64,000 nt of DNA from assembly GCA_028534125.1 (NCBI GenBank), contig CM052816.1, forward strand, positions 46,812,001 through 46,876,000. Direction: 5' to 3'. Positions 14,340-26,056 of the stretch are shown here, in pieces. Made by a program: the position numbers and the translations under genes. The notes below the pieces were generated by a model, which saw only the letters and a list, made by a program, of their open reading frames with translations, searched no databases and was not told the DNA's origin. The DNA is from Lama glama. Taxonomy: Eukaryota. Every line of letters starts with the position of its first letter. Positions within the stretch are counted from its first letter, which is position 1.

Positions 14340-14950
14340 CACAGAAGTTTCCAGGCTGGATCATACTCCCAGGCTTTCCTAATGCCAGAACATCCCAACA
14401 CCAGTAGATCTGTCTGCCCACTTAGAACCTGTGTTACCTCTGCTCTGCAGCCTTCAGGGGCTGCGTGTCCACCATTTAAACCCAAGACAGGTTAAGCCTG
14501 CAATTCCCTGAAATAACCTCTTGTCGTCTCCAGAGCACAACCTGCCTATTCCTTCAGGGTCTCCGACACTCCTCTCTTCTCCTGGGTTCCCTTCTCCCCA
14601 AGATCTTCATAGTGCCCCTGACTGTCCTGCGTAAACTGCCACCTCTCAGCCCTTTCCCAGTGCCCAGCCACATGCCCAGAGATCTTACTGTCTCCTCTCT
14701 TTTTTTCAAGACCCACGTCAGTTCTTTCTCTTCCCGTGAATCTTGTCTGGATTACCTCTTCCTTCCTGGCAACCCAGTAGCACTTCACCTGGATTGCTCT
14801 GTGGCACCTCACCCTGGGCTGTCTTGTGTTGGATTATACGTTTCACACATGTCTGTGCTGGGTTGCCACAAAGGGCCTGCAGGGCTGGTCTCTGCACCCC
14901 CTCTAGGTAGCACACAGTATCATTCGTCCCAGGTTAATAGGTACCTGTGT
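14340..14950 (+). mobile_element. Degenerate L2 fragment
   Basis: L2-like pyrimidine-rich body ending tagcacacagtat...ttaataggtacctgtg. Confidence 0.45.
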
Positions 14951-15722
14951 TTTACAGTAATGATAATGATGACGATAACGAGGTTTGACTGTCTCCTTTA
15001 GAGAGCTTTAGAAAACAACTAGCCAGTTTTCCAGCAAGGGTTGTTGAATCAGCTCGCTGGTTTCTCCTACTCTCCAAGGAGAGACTGTGGAGGAAGCCAG
15101 CGGAGGACGTCCGCGTCAGTTCGGGCTGTATCAGCTCCCTCTGCAGCTCCGCCTGTCACACAGATCAGAATATTTGGATTGAGACACAGAAACCACCAGA
15201 TAACATTTGTCTGTTAGTAGGGGGCTAAACATCAGAGACCGGAGGAAAACCGCTTCGGTACTGTTCTCTCTCATTAGATGGCTGTCCCGGTGCCTCGTGA
15301 GTCGGCACTTTAGTGGGGACATCATCCCCTCATTTCAGCTCCTGAGAAGGAGTCCTGCTTTTTGAAGTTCTGCGTGAATGAGAAAGCAGGCCTTCAGGTT
15401 CGTGCATTGAACTTAGTGAGGAGAGGAAACCAGACGGAAGAAAACCATAGGGAGAAACCGCTCAAAGGAAAGGGGAAGTGAACAGCAAAACGTGTAAGAG
15501 GCTGCTGCTCCTCCTGCATGTCCTAGGATTTATAGTCTTGCTGGTGTGCCCTTTCTTCATTTCAGGACACACAGACAAACTGAATAAAGCCCAAACCATT
15601 GAACTGAAAGAGTGAGTCACGCCACCCGGCGTCTGCCGAGCCAGTCATTTAAAGTGTGGGACCAATTCAGTGCTTTTCTTAGACCCTGAGCGACTGTCTC
15701 AGTTTCTTCCCAATTGAAAAAA

Positions 15723-15793
15723 ATTTTTTAACTGAAGTATACTCAGTTTACAGCCTTGTGTTAATTTCTGGTGTACAGCATAGTGATTTAGTT

Positions 15794-15844
<51 letters not shown>

Positions 15845-15865
15845 CTTTTCATATTGTTTTTCTCT
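15723..15865 (-). mobile_element. Truncated L1 3' end (laurasiatherian/cetartiodactyl type) with an expanded internal (TA)n
   Basis: tgaagtata...gtgttaatttctggtgtacagcatagtgatttag...tatatattccttttcatatt is the typical reverse-complement L1 3' terminus. Confidence 0.75.
15802..15842. repeat. (TA)n microsatellite, ~20 units
   Basis: Seen directly. Confidence 0.97.
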
Positions 15866-16079
15866 TCCCAGATTTTTGTAATAGCAAAAAAAATATGCTA
15901 TTTTCCAGACAAGTTGATATTTACTAGGTCTCTTCGCTGTAAGAGTTTTTAGGCTTCCTTCAGAGGAATATTCAATAGCTAACTGATTGGATTGCTCTTC
16001 ACGTGGAGGTGAAGTCAGTGGTCCTGTGGACTTTCAGTATATGTTGTTAAGTCTCACCCTGGTGATTTGTTATTCTTAA

Positions 16080-16361
<282 letters not shown>

Positions 16362-17853
16362 TGATAATGTTTGTTTATGTTTTGCTGTTCTTATACTTGT
16401 CTTACTTTATGAATTACTTACATGCTCCCAGAAAAGTAACATGTCAGTGCTATTGCCGGAGCTCTGTTTGGATTTAGCTATTATTTCTAGTAACTGGCTT
16501 GCATTTCCCTTTTCCATGGGGGGATAAAAAAAGAACCAACATCCAATAAACTGCACTATAGGACTGGTGTTCTGGGGTAAAGAAAACATGTCCTTTTAAG
16601 GCTCCCAACTTATAATTAGAAAAAAAATCATTACGTAATACTTTGCTTATGGGACATTCGGTTTGACCAATGGTAGAATCAGACTCACAGATGAGGTATT
16701 TCATAACAGATTTTTACAGTATTGAACTAAATAAATATGTCTTTGAGGTGCTGACAATGAAACAGCTTTTCCATAATTTCTAAGTGAGCTTTCTCCCGTT
16801 AATTGGCAATTCTTTCCTTAGGTATATTGCAGTGACAGTGTTTACTACATCACTTGCCTGTACACCAACTGCCTCAATTCCTCTTTCCATAGATGTGCTT
16901 CATGCATAGTGAGCTCTTAGAAGCTACTTGTTTTAAAATTCTAGGCATTTTGAGAGCAAAGGTTATATTTTACATAAAAAAAAAAGTTGTGGCACTTGTA
17001 AGAATAAATAAGTAAATAACTATGAAATATAAATAATGTCCCTGGGCACTACCATTTTTCTTTCTCCTGGGTCTGCAGGGCTAAGGTGAAGATAATATTG
17101 TGGGGCCAAATTCAGCAACAAAGAGACTTACATCCGTATACTCCAAATTAGCTTTGCTTAAGAGCGAGAATGCTTTAAAACCAAGACTCAGTAGACAAAT
17201 TTAGATCATTCTGCGAACACATTTTTTTTTCTTTCTGTGCTCTGTGGCAAGCTTCAGGGTAAAACAGTCCTGCAAGCTGATTAGTTTATTATGGCACTGT
17301 GCAGATTAATTTTGAATATCAACCAAAAAAGAAAAATCACATAATATGCAACGTTCCCTTCGGAAAAGGCTGGGTCTAATAAATAAAACCTCCCACAGGG
17401 CCAAAGCCAAGCAGTGTGGGCCATGCATGGCAGGCTGTCTCTATCAGCAGATTTATTCCAAGTCCCTTAAAACTGCTGCTTTCCCAGGGAGTCTGTGAGC
17501 ACCAGGTCAGGTCTCCCTGGCAGCCAGGTGCAGTTTCCCCCCTCCTCCAGCAAGTGGGGTTTCAACGTACAGTCTTTTTTTTTTTTTCTTTTTAAATGTG
17601 GTGGTCAAATAATGAACGTTGAGACACTGACCTGTACTGAAAACTGGATAGATTGTCTTCCCATTTGAGACAAACAGCTCATTAAAGGAAACAAAGAATG
17701 TCTTCGTAAGGAGTTATCTCTAGAGTCTGGGTTTTAAAACTGTTTAAACTGTTGTGTCTATCAGAAGGTGCTTTTCCTTTTGTTGAAAAGATTGTGCCCA
17801 ATTACAAATATTTACAGACACTAATTAATAAAACTCCTTCCCCATGCTCTCAG

Positions 17854-17877
17854 TCTGAGGATGTCGACCTGCTTTTG
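17854..17877 (+). CDS. MEF2C: MEF2C alternative beta microexon (24 nt, SEDVDLLL, acidic activation segment)
   Basis: ctctcAG acceptor (17852-17853), TTG|gtaagt donor; phase 0-0, so skipping preserves frame; SEDVDLLL is the known MEF2C beta peptide. Confidence 0.97.
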
Positions 17878-18558
17878 GTAAGTGGTGAGAGTGCTCCCCT
17901 TCAATGGCACCTGCAAGGAGAAATCCAAGCGACTTTAGGTGGAGTGGTAGTGCTAGTTAAGATGGAAAGATTTCGGGAGTTGCTATAGTGTGTCAACATT
18001 AGTTGCATTTAAATACCATTAATTTCAAGTATCACTCACAGGTGAACTGTCAGGTTATCTATTTTTCTGTCTCAACCTCTGTAAGTGCAGGCCTTGTTTT
18101 TGATTTATTTTAGAACTTACAGTAAAAATGTAACAAACAAAAAATATTCTTAGTTATTTAACACCATGAAGACACTTATTTTTCTAAAAACTAAAGTCTC
18201 AAGATATTTAAATTTATATGAGCCTTTAATCTCCTTAAGGAATTAAATATACACGTTAGCTGCTTTGCCATCTAGTTTTGAGGGAAGTTTAGAAGAATCT
18301 GAAAAAAGTGGTCAGAGCACCACCTGCTGGCCAGAATATAGCATGACCCCTCTACCCATCTGCTCTGCTGTATATAGAACTGAGCATAAAAACCATCATG
18401 GTTGATTTTAATTTTTTTTAATTTGCATTTGAATAAAAACTGAAACAATGGAAGTACAGTATACATATTTCATCAGTTTTCAACAGTCTGTTTTTACCCA
18501 TAATAAAGCTACGGTACTTGTTACTAGTTCAGTTGCCTAGGAGATACTGATGTAATGG

Positions 18559-18572
18559 GTTACTATGGCAAC
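18559..18572. promoter_or_regulatory. RFX X-box GTTACTATGGCAAC
   Basis: 14-bp near-palindrome matching GTTRCYATGGYAAC. Confidence 0.55.
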
Positions 18573-18754
18573 AGCTGGTCTCTTGAAGGATTGTAAATGA
18601 TAGGGTTGGCAGAGTTCATAGAGACACATGTTAAATGATTAATTTCATGAGATTTGTACCAAGTTATCTCTTTATATGCAAAACTAATACTGTAATCTAA
18701 TATTTTCAACTTTTAAAAAAATGCTATCAATAAATGTCTTTTTATTTACTTTAA

Positions 18755-18892
<138 letters not shown>

Positions 18893-19499
18893 TAGCTTTG
18901 CTATGTTTAAATAGTACATTAAATACTTTTTATTAAAAAGCAAGATGAAAAGGTATTACCTTTTAGTCTGTTAGAAAGCTTTATTTGATACCTGTAGTAT
19001 CCAGAGCACTATACCATTGCCTATCCATAACGAAGACAAAATGAATTTGCACATTTTTCTTGCTTAAGTGACTGAAAGTTTTATTAACCCAACCTGAATT
19101 CAAAATAGAAGTATAATTTCCAGGAAAATGAGCTGTTATTTCTTTGATGTAATAGAAAGCTTACTTTTTCTCAGAATTGTTTAAAAGTCATTTCTAAATC
19201 ATCCATACTAGGAACATACTTGTGATATCATAGTATAGTTTTAATAAACTAGAATTGCAGGGTGTACTACTTTGAAGCTTTCATGGAATACTTATTTTTT
19301 GGTATATAATATTTCTCTTTTAAATTAAAATTGTCCCTAATGTTTCATCTCCCTTTCCCCCAAAATAAAAAAAAATGTATACTAACCATCATTAAATAAC
19401 ACTAGTAGAATATTTTAAAAACTGAAACTGTTTATTCTAGTCACCATTTGATGATGACCAAATTAAATATTTCCCCTTCTATTGTATCCTTTGACCTAG

Positions 19500-19635
19500 A
19501 ATACTCTCTGAGTAGTGCAGACCTGTCATCTCTGTCTGGGTTTAACACGGCCAGCGCTCTTCATCTTGGGTCAGTAACTGGCTGGCAACAGCAACACCTA
19601 CATAACATGCCGCCATCCGCCCTCAGTCAACTGGG
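19500..19635 (+). CDS. MEF2C: MEF2C coding exon (136 nt; (E)[44 protein letters not shown](G))
   Basis: Acceptor ttgacctAG (19498-19499), donor TGGG|gtaagc; phase 1-2; peptide is inside ORF 19448..19639. Confidence 0.97.
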
Positions 19636-20221
19636 GTAAGCACCATTACTTCTTTTATAACATACTTCTAGAATGCATCTTTAAATGACAAATGGCAGTC
19701 TCTAAATGTGTGCTGTAATGTCCCATTAGAGGATGTAGAATTCTACTTTATGAAAATCTGAAAGTAGTTATCAAACCAATACCTTTCAAGTAGCTTAAAT
19801 ATTACTTTCCTTCTTTAAGAGGAGAGGAACTCTGATAAGGAGGTATGTTATTTCCCTTTGGTTTAGGCTATATTTGTTTCCACTTCTATCAATAATAAAT
19901 TTCTATTTAGTTAAGTTTTCACATAGCGCATGTGGGACATAAGAAAACATTTATAGTTATTAGCTCTTTAGATTTTGAGATATTTGAGAATCCTTTTCAC
20001 TTGGCATAAACTGCATAGTTCCTGCTACTGTTAACTTGATACTCATAGGGTCAGCTATTCCACGGATACACAGACTTCCTGTATTTATAATGTACTCACA
20101 GTATAGTTGCATATTCACAGATACTACATGAATATAAATATGTATATATATGGACAGACATATACTAATTACCTAAATTTGGGTATAAAAATTGTTGTTT
20201 TCTGAAATCAGATGTGTATTT

Positions 20222-20236
20222 CTGCCCCCTTGTGGT
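20222..20236 (-). promoter_or_regulatory. CTCF-like motif (ACCACAAGGGGGCAG on - strand)
   Basis: Close match to the CCASYAGRKGGCR core, isolated in AT-rich intron. Confidence 0.6.
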
Positions 20237-21557
20237 AGTTTTGAGATATGTCTTTATTATAGAAATAACTCCTGTCATTTATCAATGGAAACATTCAAAT
20301 CTTCAAAAGCCCTGAATTCATCAATACAACTTGTAAAACAAATAGATTTTTTAAAATTTAAAACATGAAACAAAGATCTGACTTTCAGTTTAACTAATAA
20401 TTTTAAAACTTTAATCTTCAAAAGAAAATACTAGGACGATATGAAGTATTTAAAGATAACACGTCTTTATATTTTAGAACCATTCTATATGCCTTCCCCC
20501 ACTTTTACTTTTCCGCTGAGCCATTTAGTTAGAATAGTTAGCTAATTCTGGGTTCATATTCTAAGGAGATAATGAGGAGAAAACACTGATTAGAATAAAA
20601 ATCACTGATGGATACCACCACTGCTCTCTCACCCTCACCAGCCCCGCTCGCTTCCACGTGGAAGTGACTTCACGTAGATTAGTGCTCTGGTCATGGAGTT
20701 CTCACCCTGTCCCTATTTGCTACTATGCTTTTTACTCACTAATCCCTATTGTTGAAAATCGACCATCTCGTGTAAATAATGAAATAAATTCATTTGACAC
20801 TGTTGCTGTGTTTTCTTGAAAGATGAACTTTGAAGATGTATTATACATTGATCAGCAGCAGAACTTCTGTTTTTAGAATAACATCTAAATTTTAACTGTC
20901 CAAATAGACATTTATGGCAATAACTTTTTCAAGTAACTATCACTAAGTACATCATACCAACCAGGCATTGTTAAAATACATTCAAGTGGCCTTGTACTTG
21001 GGTGATTCAGCAGTGAATCCCCTGTTTGTGCTTCTTGTCAAAAATAAAGGTAGCTGTTTACTTCTCATTTTTTAGGATTAGATTTCCTTAGAAATTCACA
21101 ATGTCAAAAGCCATCTTAGTTTCTCTGAATGTGTCTTTCTTTTGTTCCCAATAACACCTGATAATTTGCATTTTTACATAGAAAACACTTGTATTTGAAC
21201 TACATTACCATTTTAAAATTCTCTTCTATTCCATGGGAAGAATCTAATTCTCTGCGGCCCTTAATAGTGGCTGCAGTAAATGAGAAAGAAGTGACTGGCC
21301 CGGACTAGAGAGGAACTGAATTACAACAGCCAAGGATGAAGCATTTTGTTTAGTTCCAGTTTCTTTCAACACCAATTCTCGTGGTGCATGATTTGACTCT
21401 GAATTCAGACTATGGGTTCCTATTGCACTTAATCACTTCCCTTATCCTTCAAACAGATACCCTTTCCAGCCCCAATGCCTGCCTGCCTTTTTGCCTGCCT
21501 TCACTGCTTCTTCTCTCCTCCCTCTCTCCCTCCCATCCTTCCTCTTCCTCTCTCTTA

Positions 21558-21577
21558 CACACACACACACACACACA
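21558..21577. repeat. (AC)n microsatellite after a pyrimidine tract
   Basis: Seen directly. Confidence 0.9.
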
Positions 21578-23606
21578 GTAGTTTTCAGGAAGAGATTCCA
21601 TCAAATGGAGTAGCCTATGCTCACACAATTAAATCTTAAACTTAAAATAAAAGTCTCAAGTTATAGTATTTATGTAAAATATATGAGCTTACCCCTCTTC
21701 CTCATGATGGATATCAATTTTTAAAAATTGATATTTTCCAGGCCAAAGCAGTACCACCTACTTGTGTGGTGGAGTCAAGTCACCTTCTTTGGGACAGATA
21801 CAGCATCAAAGCAGAATGAAGTATCTGTCAGCCCCCCAGTGTAAATACTCCCAGCAGCCCAAGAGGGTCACCATAATTCTTTCTCAAAACTAAAAAAAAA
21901 GCAAGAAAGAGCTTCTCGTATTTTTTTGTGGAAATACCTTTAAATCTTCAAAGCTATACTATCTAGTATCTGATTTTCTCTAACAAAGTTAGATCAACAG
22001 CCTAAACTGACCTGATGTAGGGAGCAGGGAAGACGGGCAGAAGGAGCTGCCACCCAGGGTTAGCAAAAGTCATTTGAATACCAGTATTTGAAAAAATGAC
22101 CCTCAATTTTTTGGTGTTTTTCTCCTACCACCTAAAAAAAAGGGCAACCTGTTTTCTGGAAGCATTTCTGTACGTCATTTTGGTGGATGCAAAACATACT
22201 GAGAGAGAACTTTTAGTAAAGATGACATTTAAAAGATTGATTTGAATATAGTTTGATAGTCTAATTTCCAGGCAGAGGCAGTAAGAAATGTTTCATTTCT
22301 GAACAATAAGGGGAAGGTAGGTGTCTTCCCAATTGGAAGGAAGGCATCTGCAGGGGATGGCAGTTTGCAGCAGGACTTGATATGGGAACTTGCACATGTG
22401 GCTTCTGTCTCCCCACCCACCTCTTTATCACCCACAGTAAGAAGCATCTCACAATGATCTGTGTCTATAAAAATTCTGTTCTCAGGAACAAGTAGACCAA
22501 CATGCTTATATCTGAATTAAGCACGTAGACGACTAAGTGATTTTTAATGATCCCTTCTTCTTTTCAATAAAATACTTTCTTTGATAATGGAGACTAGCCA
22601 ATTAAACCGCATTCTGTTTTGAATCCTATACCACAGTATAATGAAGCTGAAACCAAGATATCACTTACCATTCATTGCTGTGGATTTAGTGTCCCCAGAA
22701 CTACTCAAAATGCTTCATAAATGCTTTCAGTGTCAAATGAAATGCCACCAACTAAGTTCATCTTATCTTAGGGACTAGCCTATTTGTTTATAGGAAGGTG
22801 TAAACAATACGTGTTATTGTTACACCTTTTATAGGGAAAAGATGCAGCGAAATCCATACAAGCCAGCTGACATTAGGAGACGGTGATAAGCAGATAATGT
22901 GGCTTCCAAAAGCTGTATAAAAGAAACGGCATTTAGGTTCTCATTTTTCGCTCAGTTTATCCATATTGACTGCTTCTATTGGTCCAACTCACCAAATATT
23001 TTTTTCTGATTTTCCACATCACCCCTGTCTGTGAGGACACCATCTAAATATCAGAAGGCAGATGAATGTATTTATTGATATGCCACTTTATTTTCAGACT
23101 CCTAATTGACGTTCATTATTAAACGGTTATGTGATTTATAGTGGAAGCATTTAATTAAATTTTAGTGAAATAGTCTTTCTTATCCAGAGCCAGGGAAATT
23201 CTTTCTTCCAGAAATCAAAAGATGATTTCCTCAGACATCAAAATGAATCATTAAGTAACTCTGAACCAAGATAAAATAGTCCACCATTATGAATCTCTTT
23301 GAAATGCAGGTGTTCCCCCTATTTTAGTATCTTCTTGATTTAAATATTATTTAATTAAAAATCTTAGAAAACTAGTATGCAAATATAGACTATAAAATAA
23401 AAACAACAAATAACAAAAAGTATAAGCAGGTGATTGAAAATTATATACACTCAATGTAGTATTTTGATAAAAATGCTAAGACTGCTTGAATTCTGTAAGA
23501 TCAGAAAAGCCATAGAGAGAAAGACTTGTTAGGGAAACAAATAATTCTCCTTCATGTTATTCTCCACATTAGCTCATTTATTAATAAGAGAAGGAAAGTA
23601 ATTCTT

Positions 23607-23623
23607 TGCCAGTAGGTGGTGCT
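23607..23623 (+). promoter_or_regulatory. CTCF-like motif (TGCCAGTAGGTGGTGCT)
   Basis: One C>T difference from the core consensus. Confidence 0.55.
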
Positions 23624-25048
23624 TTTGTATAAAACATCACTCAAAGATAGACTCATTTCTGACTGATTTTATATCTCTGTACATCTCGAGCCTGAACTGC
23701 GTCTCCCAAAAACCCAGCCCCAAGTTGCTCCACTTTTTCCCAAAATATATACCCGTTTTCTCACTGCTCATAATGACATTTTTAATGCCCTCTAATTCTC
23801 TCCATTAGAAAGTAACACAGTCACACACAGGAGTAGGTGAGCTTGCTTTCCTTTGTTGAAAATGGGTGTGTCTGTATGGATAATTCTTTACTGTGACTCT
23901 TCTCAGTAGAAGAGAGTCCTGTTCTGTCTCGCAATGCGGACAGATAACACTGAGTCTAGCCGTGGCTGTCAGTGCACTCAGAATGTAAGGACAGTGCAGG
24001 CATCTTCACATCAATGTCAGCAGTGTTATTGTGGTTGATCCTGAACAAAGCCATCGTGAAGGCTGGTCTACACTTAAGGGCTTAATGCCTTTCCCTCCAG
24101 AATTCCAAGTATCTAAGTTCAGCCACATTTTGAAAGAAGGGCAAGTTACGCTGTCCTGGAATAAATGAGGATTAAGGGTTATAAACACAATAAAATCACA
24201 CTCGATCCTTTTCTACAACAACCTTTCCTTTAGGCAAATCCAGATTCATCAACTAATGACAATGATAGATGAGAGGAGTGGTCTCCTTCGTATCCCAGCA
24301 GGGAGAGACTAGCAGTAGTAATATTGAGGTCATTGTGGGGAAAAAACAACTGAGAAAGAATGAAGAAAGTCAGACAATCAGTTTTAGTGGGGTAGGAAGT
24401 CTAAGTGTTTTTAAGCCCCTCCTTAAAGTTTCTGCAGATAATTTTCAGCCTCCTCCCCCATCTTTCCCCTATCCCAAGCTTTTCACCAGATATGGTTACA
24501 TGTAGCATTTTCTCAGTTCTATTCATTTGAAATTTTGACTCTCTTCACTTTCTCTGAAGACTGTGCAACTTAGTATGCATGTGCTTATTAAATTTAGGGA
24601 AATATTTGTATCCATAATAAGCTCTTTATAGTAATTTTCAAACACAGGCATTAGTAAATCAAAGAAGTCTTAATTCAGAAGCTAAGCCCTGTATCCTAAG
24701 TCTTAGATTGTATTTTGGAACTGGTGTAGGGAGAAATTCCATGGACACAGAAAATGCTTTTTCCCGCGTGTCTTGTTAAAACCTCCCTGAGCCGGTAACC
24801 TATACATTAAGGGAGCCTGTCAGAGACTTGGAGGTATGACTCGTGAGGCCTGGGCCAGTTAAATGCTGTGATCGCTACCGGGCAGATGAACAAAGGCATC
24901 CCAAGTCGCTGTAAGAAGGCGATGCCCCCAGGTGCTGCCAAGCACGCTCTGCTCCCTCTGGGCATGCTCTGGTGTCGATGCAAGTCTTTAAGCTGATGTT
25001 TGATGTAATTGTGAGTTCCTGGGGGCTCCAGGCCTCCTCCATCTGTAA

Positions 25049-25393
<345 letters not shown>

Positions 25394-26010
25394 TCAGATT
25401 ATTACTTAGTAGTTTTTTTTCTTGCAGTGTGTGTGTGTGCTATACCTTAATGGGGAAGGGGGGTCGATATGCATTATATGTGCTGTGTGTGGAAAAAAAA
25501 AAGTCAGGTACTCTGTTTTGTAAAAGTACTTTTAAATTGCCTCAGTGATACAGTATAAAGATAAACAGAAATGCTGAGATAAGCTTAGCACTTGAGTTGT
25601 ACAACAGAACACTTGTACAAAATAGATTTAAGGCTAACTTCTTTTCACTGTTGTGCTCCTTTGCAAAATGTATGTTACAATAGATAGTGTCATGTTGCAG
25701 GTTCAACGTTATTTACATGTAAATAGACAAAAGGAAACATTTGCCAAAAGCGGCAGATCTTTACTGAAAGAGAGAGCAGCTGTTATGCAACATATAGAAA
25801 AGTGTATAGATGTTTTGGACAGACCCGGCAAAGGGTGGCCACGGTTACACGTTAGGAACACGCCAGGTCACCTAACACCCACCCCGAGAACGCTCACAAA
25901 CCTGCAGGCACATCATTGGCGTATGGCACTCATGAAAAAGGATCGATGACCATTAAAAGAGGACCATACCTATTTTTTAAAAATGTGGAGTTTGAGGGCT
26001 AACGTATTTA

Positions 26011-26056
26011 ATTAAATAAATAAATAAATCTGGGTCTGCATCTCTTATTAAATAAA
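26011..26056 (+). terminator. Candidate proximal poly(A) signal cluster (ATTAAA plus overlapping AATAAA x3, AATAAA 26051-26056)
   Basis: Hexamers seen directly with U-rich sequence downstream; usage unproven. Confidence 0.45.

Noticed and set aside
17752..17988. 78-aa ORF around the beta exon as an extended exon
   Set aside because: Only the 24 nt between canonical splice sites match MEF2C; the rest is intron that happens to stay open.
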